A DNA stretch of 64,000 nucleotides from positions 4,343 through 68,342 of the forward strand of contig JABGTR010000022.1 of assembly GCA_018646985.1 (NCBI GenBank), written 5' to 3'. The position numbers and the translations under genes were made by a program. The notes under the pieces are model-generated. The model saw only the letters and a list, made by a program, of their open reading frames with translations. It was not told the origin of the DNA and did not search any database. Below, piece after piece: positions 1-8,915 of this stretch. Positions within the stretch are counted from its first letter, which is position 1; every line of letters begins with the position of its first letter. Source of the DNA: Minisyncoccota bacterium (GTDB lineage: Bacteria; Patescibacteriota; Microgenomatia; UBA1400; PJMF01).

Positions 1-52
1 TCCAAAGCAAATGAGGTCTTGCCAACTGCGGTGGGACCAACAATCGAGAGTA
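1..52 (-). CDS. miaA: tRNA dimethylallyltransferase, N-terminal fragment running off the window start
   Basis: The reverse-strand translation of nt 1-52 reads LKILSIVGPTAVGKTSFAL, a MiaA-type P-loop start. A TTG at about 50-52 is the likely start. The gene lies directly downstream of the miaB-like gene. Confidence 0.4.
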
Positions 53-55
53 TCT

Positions 56-1207
56 TCAAACTACCTTTGGTCTAATTTGTAAGTTATCTTTATTAATTAT
101 CTGATCCAAAATCTCCCAGCGCTTCTTCTTCACATGATGAGGAATATTGTCAGGATAAATTTTCCAACCCGCAGTGCCTGGTCTAGGAGAGTAGATAGCC
201 ACAAAACCCACGTGCCAATCCATCTGTTTAGCCAAATCCACAGTTTCTTGAAACTCAGCCTCTGTCTCTCCAGCAAAACCAACCACAATATCTGTTCCGA
301 TCACAATCTCAGGATCTGCTTTTTTGAGTTTATCTACCACTTCAATATATCTCTCCCGGGTATAGCCACGATTCATCCGATAGAGCACTTCATTGCTCCC
401 AGACTGAATTGGCAAATGGACATAGCGATCAATTTTCTTGTTGCGGCCAATTTCTTCAATCAATTCATCATGAAAATCCCAAGGATTACTACTCATAAAC
501 CTAATCATCTTAATTTGATCAAATTGTGAGATATCCTGAAGCAGCTTCACAAAGGGTGGAGTGCCTTGAGGTGCTAAATACTGCGATTGATTGTCTGGCA
601 AATCCTCTCGATTGAAATCCTTATTTTCCATCATCATTTTTCGAAAACCAATTCCCACTTTTTCTAGTCCCCAGGAGTTAACATTCATTCCCAATAGCGT
701 AATCTCCTCATAACCCTGATCAGCTAGATTTTTAACCTCTTGCATGATTTCTTCTTTGCTGCGGGATTTCTCTCTACCTCGAGAGTAGGGCACAATACAG
801 TAGGTACAAAAAGAGTTGCAGCCAGTCGAAATCGGAATCCAGGCATGTTTTTTATCTTTTCGAATCGCTGCTTGATTAAAACCAACTTCATTTATCGGCA
901 AAATTTCATCAACTTCCGGCAATCTTTCTAAAAGTTTTTGATTGCCATGGTGAACCATGCAGCCAGTTAAGATAATTTTAGGTTGGGGTTGAGCAGACTG
1001 TTTGAAATGCTCGGTGACGTTATATAAAAAGCCTTCTGCTTTATCTTCAGCTCGCTGTCTGACTGCGCAGGTATTAATCACCAACTCATCACATTCGTGC
1101 CAATCTTTGGCCTCAGTGTAACCGCGGGCAAAATAATCACCCGCAATTCGCTCTGAGTCTGACTTATTAGATTGGCAACCAAAAGTATGGATAAAAAATG
1201 AAGGCAT
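56..1207 (-). CDS. miaB: Radical-SAM methylthiotransferase of the MiaB/RimO/MtaB family
   Basis: N-terminal MTTase domain FFIHTFGCQSNKSDSE. Radical-SAM CxxxCxxC motif (CNSFCTYCIVPYSRG). A C-terminal TRAM-like region. I placed the start at the internal Met (MPSFF). The neighbouring gene is miaA. Confidence 0.7.
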   Translation of the reverse strand: MPSFFIHTFGCQSNKSDSERIAGDYFARGYTEAKDWHECDELVINTCAVRQRAEDKAEGFLYNVTEHFKQSAQPQPKIILTGCMVHHGNQKLLERLPEVDEILPINEVGFNQAAIRKDKKHAWIPISTGCNSFCTYCIVPYSRGREKSRSKEEIMQEVKNLADQGYEEITLLGMNVNSWGLEKVGIGFRKMMMENKDFNREDLPDNQSQYLAPQGTPPFVKLLQDISQFDQIKMIRFMSSNPWDFHDELIEEIGRNKKIDRYVHLPIQSGSNEVLYRMNRGYTRERYIEVVDKLKKADPEIVIGTDIVVGFAGETEAEFQETVDLAKQMDWHVGFVAIYSPRPGTAGWKIYPDNIPHHVKKKRWEILDQIINKDNLQIRPKVV

Positions 1208-1250
1208 GTCTTGTATTTTACCAGTAAAAACTGGCTGACCCTGATACAAT

Positions 1251-2453
1251 ATGCGAGTGAAAAAATATCAGCAACAATTTTTAAAAAGAAACGTGGGCAC
1301 CTTTTATCTCACCAATGGCTTTGCATCATTGATCTTTGTGGCTGCCACCTGGGCTGCTTACGAGCTTCAGTATCTAACTTTCTCTCAACTAACCATTGCG
1401 GAGAGTTTAATCATGTTCACTCAGCTAGTAATGGAACTACCAACCGGCGCACTCGCAGACATGATTGGTAAAAAAATCACCGTGATTATTAGTCATTTCT
1501 TAAGATCAGCCTCGATGTTGGCTTTTGCTTTTGCCGACTCTTTTCCCGAATTTGTTCTTTTTGCAGTTCTCTTAGGGCTGGGAGAGGCGATGGGCTCAGG
1601 TGCTGGAGAGGCATTACTTTTTGATACGCTCAAACAAGTCGGAATTGAAAAAGATTTTTCTAAATACTCAAGTAAGTTTGGGCTAATTTTTCAAATCGGC
1701 CTAGCGATCTCGGTGATCATAGGCGGTTTTATGGATTTAGTCTGGTTTAGATTACCAGCCATTAGCTATGCAGTCGCCTCATTTTTGGCTGGCATTGCTA
1801 GTATCCGTTTTATCGAACCAACGATTGATACTCAAAAATTTACTCTCAAAAACTATATTCTGCAAACTAAAAATGGCATCAAGGAAATTACAAAGAGTAG
1901 CTATGCTAAAAAAATATCTCTTTTTTATGTTTTGGTATCAGGAACTACCTGGATAGTAGCTTACAGCTTTAAAACTATCTTGCTGACAGATTTAGGATTT
2001 ACCTCTCCACAAATAGGTATTTTTCAATCTTTAGCTAGGGTGGTGGGGAGCATACTGTTGTTTAGAGTGATCAGTAAAACAAAATTCATCACTAAAAAAA
2101 TGGCCTTCTATCTATTCCCAATTTTAATTATCATCTCCATGACTCCAGTCTACTGGCTATCGAAATGGGCCACTCTGCCTTTTGTAGCTGTAATCATGCT
2201 CGCCTCATCTGCGAGGTGGTCTGTTTTGTCTGGCTACACTAATGAAGTTTTTTCATCTAAAAACAGAGCCACTGCTATCTCAACTCTGAGCATGGCCGTT
2301 AGCTTAATTTTTGTGATTGTCATGACTGCCTCCGGACCAATTATGGAGTTCTTTGATGGTGCACCGATTATCTTTACAATTTTAGGAATATTAGCCGTGG
2401 TGACAACTTTGCCGATGGGAATTCATTTGGCAAGATACCATTCAGAAGAATAA
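1251..2453 (+). CDS. MFS-type transporter with multiple transmembrane segments
   Basis: About 12 hydrophobic segments. MFS motif A-like GALADMIGKK. Confidence 0.55.
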   Translation: MRVKKYQQQFLKRNVGTFYLTNGFASLIFVAATWAAYELQYLTFSQLTIAESLIMFTQLVMELPTGALADMIGKKITVIISHFLRSASMLAFAFADSFPEFVLFAVLLGLGEAMGSGAGEALLFDTLKQVGIEKDFSKYSSKFGLIFQIGLAISVIIGGFMDLVWFRLPAISYAVASFLAGIASIRFIEPTIDTQKFTLKNYILQTKNGIKEITKSSYAKKISLFYVLVSGTTWIVAYSFKTILLTDLGFTSPQIGIFQSLARVVGSILLFRVISKTKFITKKMAFYLFPILIIISMTPVYWLSKWATLPFVAVIMLASSARWSVLSGYTNEVFSSKNRATAISTLSMAVSLIFVIVMTASGPIMEFFDGAPIIFTILGILAVVTTLPMGIHLARYHSEE

Positions 2454-2461
2454 AAGCCTTG

Positions 2462-2534
2462 AGGCACGGGCGGGATTCGAACCCGCGAACGAAGGTTTTG
2501 CAGACCTTGCCATTAACCACTCTGGTACCGTGCC
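2462..2534 (-). tRNA. tRNA-Cys (anticodon GCA)
   Basis: The reverse complement folds as a cloverleaf: acceptor GGCACGG/CCGTGCC, anticodon loop CTGCAAA, T-arm GCGGGTTCGAATCCCGC, discriminator U. CCA is not encoded. Confidence 0.85.
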
Positions 2535-2644
2535 AAGATATTCTATTATATTACAGACCCATAATTTTAAACAAAGTGAAAAAATTCTGTAGGTATGTAA
2601 GATGCAAAGCTACCTGCTTTATTTATCCTGTATAATACCTACCT

Positions 2645-3604
2645 ATGACAAAAAAAGAACCAACTAAAAAAACCGTTAAAAAAGATAAAAAAACAGAGCA
2701 GCCCAGCATTGTTTCTGACAACACCAAACTCAAGTTAAAATTAGTTTGGAACGATATCGAGACAGAATACGACAAAGTCCTCAAAGCTTCAGCCAAAAAT
2801 GTTAAATCTCAAGGCTTCAGAAAAGGCAAAGTTCCTCTTAAAGTTGCTGCAGAAAAAATCGGTAAAGAAAAACTTATTAACAAAGTTCTCGAAACGTTAA
2901 TTCCCCCCAGATACGATGACTTAATCGAAAAAGAAAAGAAGCAGCCATTAACCCAACCCCAGATCAATCCCATCAGTATGGAATGGGGCAAAGACTGGGA
3001 GCTTGAGATCCAAATTGCCGAGAAACCATCCATCAAACTAGACAACTACAAGAAATCTGTTAAAAAGGGCCTAAAAGAGGCTCTCAAGCAGCTCAAGGAG
3101 CAAGAGAAAGCCGTTGCTAAAGAGGTTAAGGAGAGTAAAGACAAGGAAACTAAAAAAACCACTCCAGAACAAACAGCCGCCAAGAAGAGAGAAACTAAGC
3201 TTCACCATATATTTAAAACTTTAGTTGAAGATGCTGGACCTCAGATTCCAGAGCTATTGCTGAAGGATGAGACTAAACGTGAAATCCAACGAATGGCTAA
3301 GGAACTTGAGAAAATGGGTCTATCTCTAGATGATTATCTGACTAGAAGAGGCCAAAAGTTTGAGGAGATGTCATCTCAAATAGCTGCTCAGGTATTAGGT
3401 CAGCTTCAACTAGAATTTATTCTTCGAGAAATTGAAGAAAAAGAAAAGATTGAAGCAACCGATAAAGATAAAAAAGAAGAATTAGATAAAATTGAAGATA
3501 AAAAAATGAAAAAACAGATTGAAGACAATCATCACTATCTAGATCATTTTGCTAAACAGATCATTCGTCGCAAGCTGATTGATCAGCTACTAGAGATAAA
3601 ATAG
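2645..3604 (+). CDS. tig: Trigger-factor-like protein: N-terminal ribosome-binding domain plus a charged coiled-coil region, shortened
   Basis: Trigger-factor signature GFRKGKVP in the N-terminal domain. The remainder is K/E-rich. Confidence 0.5.
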   Translation: MTKKEPTKKTVKKDKKTEQPSIVSDNTKLKLKLVWNDIETEYDKVLKASAKNVKSQGFRKGKVPLKVAAEKIGKEKLINKVLETLIPPRYDDLIEKEKKQPLTQPQINPISMEWGKDWELEIQIAEKPSIKLDNYKKSVKKGLKEALKQLKEQEKAVAKEVKESKDKETKKTTPEQTAAKKRETKLHHIFKTLVEDAGPQIPELLLKDETKREIQRMAKELEKMGLSLDDYLTRRGQKFEEMSSQIAAQVLGQLQLEFILREIEEKEKIEATDKDKKEELDKIEDKKMKKQIEDNHHYLDHFAKQIIRRKLIDQLLEIK

Positions 3605-3714
3605 TTAATAAACTCATTCTTTCCTAAAAAATTTCCTACTAGTACAATGAGGATAATTGTTTATAGCAATTATTGTCCTATAACATATTTGTATGCTATA
3701 ATACTGGATCATAA

Positions 3715-4389
3715 ATGAACAATTCAGGGAACTTAACCCCACCAGGAAACTCTAGTAAAAAAAACCAGAGTTCTTCCAATCCATTTGCCAGAGCTTTAGC
3801 TGAGTCTGAAAAGAGTGTTTTTGCTGATAAAAAACCTCAAGACGAGAAGAATAACTTATTTGGTGAAGCTTTAGCTAGAGCGGGTGGACAAATCCCACAA
3901 GAGAGCAATCCTGAGGATCTTGAAAAAAAACAGGCTGATCTTAAAAAAGAACAGAAAAAAGCTGAATTGCGTAAAAAACTTCATGATCAAGTCAACCCAG
4001 TGGATCAAAAAGATATTTTCAGTGCCAATAAAGAACGAACTAAGAAAGAGCTTGAGGAAGTTCGAAAAGAACTTAAGATATTGGCTAGAGAAATCAGTAA
4101 GTTCTACAAAGAAGTTGATATCCAAACTACTCAAGGAATTACTACTCAAGGTACTGAGGGTACTGGTCTTAAATCATATTTCCAGAATCTGAAGGCTTTC
4201 ATTATGCTTTTGACTCAAAAAGTTAAAAGTGCTCGCACCTGGATGAGAGCCCAAAAATCCAAGCAGCAACGGATGAAGGGTCGTAAGATCAAGGGTGGGA
4301 TGTCAGTTGATGGTAGTAGTGCAGAACAAGGCAAAACCGTTTTTGACATGATGCACCAAGAGAGAAGTACAGCTTACAGTGGAGCCTAA
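3715..4389 (+). CDS. Hypothetical lysine/glutamate-rich coiled-coil protein
   Basis: The ORF is preceded by a TATAAT-like -10 element. The protein is low-complexity and K/E-rich, with no recognisable motif. Confidence 0.3.
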   Translation: MNNSGNLTPPGNSSKKNQSSSNPFARALAESEKSVFADKKPQDEKNNLFGEALARAGGQIPQESNPEDLEKKQADLKKEQKKAELRKKLHDQVNPVDQKDIFSANKERTKKELEEVRKELKILAREISKFYKEVDIQTTQGITTQGTEGTGLKSYFQNLKAFIMLLTQKVKSARTWMRAQKSKQQRMKGRKIKGGMSVDGSSAEQGKTVFDMMHQERSTAYSGA

Positions 4390-4394
4390 ATTTG

Positions 4395-4468
4395 TGAACT
4401 CGAGAGGACTCGAACCTCTGACCTCTACAATGTCAATGTAGCGCTCTAACCAACTGAGCTACGAGTTC
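4395..4468 (-). tRNA. tRNA-Val (anticodon GAC)
   Basis: Reverse complement GAACTCGTAGCTCAGTTGGTTAGAGCGCTACATTGACATTGTAGAGGTCAGAGGTTCGAGTCCTCTCGAGTTCA. Anticodon loop TTGACAT. Confidence 0.85.
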
Positions 4469-4585
4469 TGCAAAGAACCAACATTATAACACCGACTATT
4501 TCCAGTTTCACAATCAAAAAACTCCTGGTATAATACACGCCTTACTGTATAAAATATTTATAACCAGAAAGTAAACACAACCATA

Positions 4586-5137
4586 GTGGGCAGACGCAAA
4601 TACAGCAAATTTAAAAAGAAAGACCGAATCGTTGTTAATAGAGCGATTCGTTTTCCTGAGGTCAGAGTAATCGACCACCAAGGAAGTCAAGTCGGCGTCA
4701 TGTCAGCTGACGAAGCCCTAGAAGAGGCTAAGCAGCAAAACAAAGACCTAGTCTTAATTACCGGTAGCGCCAAGCCACCAGTAGTCAAGATAATTGAGCT
4801 TTCTAAACATAAATATTGGCTACAGCAAAAAAAATCTGAGCAAAGAAAAAGTGCTAGACAGCAAGAAATAAAGGGAGTCAGACTCACACCATTTATTGAT
4901 GAAGGTGACTTTCAGACCAGATTGAAAAGAGTTGTCAGGTTCTTAGAAGATGGTGATAAAGTCAGAGTAGAAGTAGACTTTCGTCGAGGCAGACAACGAA
5001 CTAAAAAAGAATTTGGGTTTAAAAACTTTGAGCGAATTATTGAGGAAACTCTAGAATTAGCCGAGGTCGAAATCGCACCCAAATCAATCGGAACAAAAGT
5101 AATGATGCAGTTAAGACCAAAAGGAAAGCAAGCATGA
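4586..5137 (+). CDS. infC: Translation initiation factor IF-3
   Basis: Typical IF-3 N-terminal and C-terminal domains (RFPEVRVIDHQGSQVGVMS...). The start is non-ATG (GTG at 4586 or nearby), as is usual for infC. Classic infC-rpmI-rplT order. Confidence 0.88.
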   Translation: MGRRKYSKFKKKDRIVVNRAIRFPEVRVIDHQGSQVGVMSADEALEEAKQQNKDLVLITGSAKPPVVKIIELSKHKYWLQQKKSEQRKSARQQEIKGVRLTPFIDEGDFQTRLKRVVRFLEDGDKVRVEVDFRRGRQRTKKEFGFKNFERIIEETLELAEVEIAPKSIGTKVMMQLRPKGKQA

Positions 5138-5337
5138 AAAAATATAAACAAAAAACTAGAAAAAGCGCCGCCGCTAGGTTTAAGGTGACTGGAACTGGTA
5201 AGGTCATGCGTCGCCGACAAAATTCTAGACATCTCCGCCGAAAGAAAAGTAAAAAAACTATTCGTAAATATCGTTTATTAGCTACAGTTACCGGCAAATA
5301 CGCGAAAAAAGTCAAACAAATGATGGGACTCGCTTAA
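5134..5337 (+). CDS. rpmI: 50S ribosomal protein L35
   Basis: 67 aa and basic: MKKYKQKTRKSAAARFKVTGTGKV... Confidence 0.9.
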   Translation: MKKYKQKTRKSAAARFKVTGTGKVMRRRQNSRHLRRKKSKKTIRKYRLLATVTGKYAKKVKQMMGLA

Positions 5338-5349
5338 GGAAATTAAATT

Positions 5350-5709
5350 ATGCCAAGAACAAAAACAGGATTCACTCGTCGTCGTCGCCACAAAAAAGTA
5401 CTCAAACTTACTAAAGGCTACCGCGGTACATACAATCGTTTAATTAAACGAGCTACTGAAGCTTTGCTTCATGCCGATCAATATTCTTTTATTGGTCGTA
5501 AGCTCCGTAAACGAAACTTCAGAAAACTGTGGATCATGAGAATTAATGCCGGAGTCAGACAGATTGATGCCAGTTTCAAGTACTCACACTTCATCGCTGC
5601 TTTGAATAAAGCCAACATCAAGATTAATCGTAAAATGATGGCTGAATTAGCAGTCAATAACCCAACTGCATTTAAAGCCATCGTTGACAAAAGTGGTCTC
5701 GGAAAATAA
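5350..5709 (+). CDS. rplT: 50S ribosomal protein L20
   Basis: MPRTKTGFTRRRRHKK...YRGTYNRL... is a canonical L20 sequence. Confidence 0.92.
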   Translation: MPRTKTGFTRRRRHKKVLKLTKGYRGTYNRLIKRATEALLHADQYSFIGRKLRKRNFRKLWIMRINAGVRQIDASFKYSHFIAALNKANIKINRKMMAELAVNNPTAFKAIVDKSGLGK

Positions 5710-5798
5710 GATCAACTACAGATGACAATTAAAAAAAACTCAGCCAACTCTTCCTTTTTTAGCCACTGCTAAGGGGGAAAGTTTTTGATAAAAAAACT

Positions 5799-5823
5799 AA
5801 CTCCCCAACAGGGGAGTTTTTTA
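5799..5823 (+). terminator. Rho-independent terminator (or attenuator) between rplT and pheS
   Basis: Hairpin aactcccc-aaca-ggggagtt followed by a 5-nt T-run (ttttt, 5819-5823). Confidence 0.55.
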
Positions 5824-5851
5824 ATGACAAAATGTACTAAAATGAATAAAC

Positions 5852-6913
5852 ATGACTAAAGATACAAAATCACTATCACAACTCAAACAAGCCATTGATA
5901 ATCTCAAGCAGCAGTTTGATGCTGAAGCTAAAGATGATGTTAGTAGTTTACAAAATAAGTATCTGGGTAAAAAAGGTCTCACTAATGACTTAATGAAGGG
6001 AATGAAAGATGTTCCCAAAGAAATGAGACCTACAGCTGGTCAATTGCTTAATGAACTCAAGGAAAACCTTCAACACCAATTAGAACTATTAGCTGAGAAG
6101 AAGCCTCTAAAAAACACTCATAAAATTGACCTGACTATGCCTGGCATCAAGCTCAAGATAGGTCACACACATCCTGTTTCTCAAGCCATGGAAGAGATTG
6201 CTCATATTTTTGAAAGAATTGGTTTTACTAGAGTTCGTTACCCAGAAGTAGATTGGGACTACTACGTCTTTGAATCACTCAACATGCCTCCCAGCCATCC
6301 AGCTCGCGACGAGTGGGAAACTTTCTTCGTAGACACACCCCAACACGATCAAATGGGAAAAATGGTTTTAACTACTCACACTTCTAATGGGCAAGTTAGG
6401 GAAATGGAGCGACTCAAAAGCAAACCTCCAATCCGAATGATTAATATTGCCCGTTGTTATCGCCGCCAGCAAGATGCGACCCACACTCAAATGTTTCATC
6501 AATTTGAAGGACTAGTGGTAGATAAGGGTATTAATATTCAACACCTTAAAGGCACCCTAGATCATTTTGCAGAACAATTTTATGGTCCTGGTACCAAGAG
6601 CCGCATTCGACCCTTCCACTTCCAATTTACTGAGCCTTCTTTTGAAGTAGATTTCAGCTGCCACATCTGCCATGGAACTGGTAAAAGAGGTAAAGAAAAA
6701 TGCAAGTTCTGTAAATCTGGCTGGCACGAAGTCGGTGGAGCTGGCATGGTTCATCCTAATGTTTTAAAAGCCGGTGGTATTGATCCAGAAGAATATACTG
6801 GCTTTGCTTTTGGCTGGGGAATAGAGCGCACCTATACTCTCAAAGAGGGCTTAAATATTGACGACATTAGACTTATTTACTCAGGAGATCTGAGATTTTT
6901 GGAGCAATTTTAA
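5852..6913 (+). CDS. pheS: Phenylalanine--tRNA ligase alpha subunit
   Basis: Class II synthetase motifs: FERIGFTRVRYPEVDWDYYVFESLNMPPSHPARDEWETFF and GWGIERTYTLKEG. Confidence 0.92.
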   Translation: MTKDTKSLSQLKQAIDNLKQQFDAEAKDDVSSLQNKYLGKKGLTNDLMKGMKDVPKEMRPTAGQLLNELKENLQHQLELLAEKKPLKNTHKIDLTMPGIKLKIGHTHPVSQAMEEIAHIFERIGFTRVRYPEVDWDYYVFESLNMPPSHPARDEWETFFVDTPQHDQMGKMVLTTHTSNGQVREMERLKSKPPIRMINIARCYRRQQDATHTQMFHQFEGLVVDKGINIQHLKGTLDHFAEQFYGPGTKSRIRPFHFQFTEPSFEVDFSCHICHGTGKRGKEKCKFCKSGWHEVGGAGMVHPNVLKAGGIDPEEYTGFAFGWGIERTYTLKEGLNIDDIRLIYSGDLRFLEQF

Positions 6914-6914
6914 A

Positions 6915-8915
6915 ATGAACATTCTCATCCCGCACACCTGGCTATTGGAACACCTTGAAACTGAAGCAACTCCAATGGAAATTCAAAAATACCTTTCTTT
7001 GTCAGGACCATCTATAGAGCGCATTTATCAAACTGAGGGTGAAAGTGTTTATGATATTGAAGTCACTACCAATCGAGTTGACTCAATGAATATGCGTGGC
7101 ATTGCCCGTGAAGCAGCAGTAATTTTAAATCAAGCAGGAATCAAAACCACCCTCAAGCCTCTGCGAATTAATGATCAAGATTCACTTCAATTAACTAAAG
7201 CACTGCCACTACCAAAAATTTTTAATAATTCTGAATTTAATAAACGGACTATCTTCATAGTTCTAAAGAATATTAAACGTGCTGCTACTCCAAGTTGGAT
7301 GGCTAAAAGATTAGTCCAGACTGAGATGAACATTCACGACGCAGCGATTGATATTACCAACTATGTCACTCATGATGTTGGTCACCCCATCCACGCCTTT
7401 GACTACGACAAGCTAATGAATACTGGTGGAGAAATTCATATTGTCGAAGCAAAAAAGGGTGAGAAGTTTGCCACCTTAGATGGAGAAGAATTTGAAACAG
7501 TTGGTGGAGAAATAGTCTTTAAAAATAGCGAAGGTCAAATTATTGATTTACCTTCTATTAAAGGTACTGCCAATACTTCAATTGATGAAAGTACTCAAAA
7601 TGTGCTCTTACTAGCAGAATCAATCAGAGCTGATAAAGTCAGATTTGCGAGTATGACCCATGCCATCCGCACTACCGCTGCTCAATTAATGGAGAAAAAT
7701 ATTGATCCTCACTTAGCAAAAACTACAATTCTTAAAGCTGTCGAGCTCTACCAAGATCTATGTGGAGCTGAAGTTGGGAGTGATTTATATGATGATTTTT
7801 CAGGAGAATCTCAGCCAATTGAAATTAGCATCAGTATACAAAAAATAAATGATTACCTAGGTTTAGAAATTGATCAACAAGAAATTATCAAAATTCTCAC
7901 TGACCTAGAGTGTGAGGTTGAAACTCAAGGAAAGGGAGGGACCGCTGAGCTGGTGGTAACACCTCCTACTTTCAGACCAGATCTGACTATTTCAGTTGAC
8001 GTAGTTGAGGAAGTAGCCAGAATATATGGCTATCACAACCTTCCTAGTAAACTTATGGATACTCCTATTCCAACCACATATCCAAAAAACATTGATTTCA
8101 ATCTAGAAAATAAAATCAAACACTTTCTAGCTAACATTGGTTGGCAAGAAATCTATTCATATTCGTTGGTGAGTGAGAAAGTTGCTCTAGAATCTAACTA
8201 TAAAATCATGCAGCATCTTAAACTACAAAATCCTTTAACAGATGATCGAGTTTATCTCCGCCGTTCGCTTTTACCATCATTGGAGGAAATAATTGATACC
8301 AACTCCCAGCAAAAGAAATTATCTGTATTTGAAATTGCCAATATTTATCCACCGCAGAATAGCGATCATCTCCCAGATGAAAAAATGGTATTAAGCTTAG
8401 TTTCTACAAAAGAATACCGCTTGGTAAGAGGAATGCTTGAATCTCTCCTAAATCAGCTATTTATTACGAATCATGAAATAATTGACCATAAAAAAACAAC
8501 TAAACCATTTTCTCAATCAGCTGAAATTTTAGTTGAAAAAAATATAATCGGAACCATTGGAGTTCTAGAGTCTGGAAAAATTGGAGTTGAGATTGCATTC
8601 ACAAAACTACTCGAGATGACTAATACTCATCCCACTTATCAACCAATTCCTAAAAGCATGCCGATTATAGAAGACTTAACTTTTACACTCCCAAAAGAAA
8701 TAGCCGTCGGAGAGGTAATAACTACTCTCAAAAATACAGATAAGTTAATTACTGCTGTAGAACTAAAAGATATTTATAAGAAAAACTACACTTTCACCAT
8801 CAACTTTCATGATCTAAAAAGGAATCTGTCCGCATCAGATATAGAGCCAATCCGAAAAAGTATTGTCAAGCAAATTGAAAAACAACATCAGGCCAAACTA
8901 GTTGGTGAAGTATAA
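6915..8915 (+). CDS. pheT: Phenylalanine--tRNA ligase beta subunit, shortened to 666 aa
   Basis: Translationally coupled to pheS. Contains B3/B4 and B5-like regions, but the N-terminal tRNA-binding domain appears to be missing, as in reduced genomes. Confidence 0.8.
   Translation: MNILIPHTWLLEHLETEATPMEIQKYLSLSGPSIERIYQTEGESVYDIEVTTNRVDSMNMRGIAREAAVILNQAGIKTTLKPLRINDQDSLQLTKALPLPKIFNNSEFNKRTIFIVLKNIKRAATPSWMAKRLVQTEMNIHDAAIDITNYVTHDVGHPIHAFDYDKLMNTGGEIHIVEAKKGEKFATLDGEEFETVGGEIVFKNSEGQIIDLPSIKGTANTSIDESTQNVLLLAESIRADKVRFASMTHAIRTTAAQLMEKNIDPHLAKTTILKAVELYQDLCGAEVGSDLYDDFSGESQPIEISISIQKINDYLGLEIDQQEIIKILTDLECEVETQGKGGTAELVVTPPTFRPDLTISVDVVEEVARIYGYHNLPSKLMDTPIPTTYPKNIDFNLENKIKHFLANIGWQEIYSYSLVSEKVALESNYKIMQHLKLQNPLTDDRVYLRRSLLPSLEEIIDTNSQQKKLSVFEIANIYPPQNSDHLPDEKMVLSLVSTKEYRLVRGMLESLLNQLFITNHEIIDHKKTTKPFSQSAEILVEKNIIGTIGVLESGKIGVEIAFTKLLEMTNTHPTYQPIPKSMPIIEDLTFTLPKEIAVGEVITTLKNTDKLITAVELKDIYKKNYTFTINFHDLKRNLSASDIEPIRKSIVKQIEKQHQAKLVGEV

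Noticed and set aside
134-529. 131-aa ORF antisense to the miaB-like gene, and similar antisense ORFs elsewhere (740-931, 2809-3045, 3871-4192, 12603-12875, 21152-21433, 35762-36010, 48444-48737, 51797-52006, 53564-53812 and others)
   Set aside because: They lie entirely inside well-supported genes on the opposite strand. They have odd composition and no motifs. They are typical spurious shadow ORFs.
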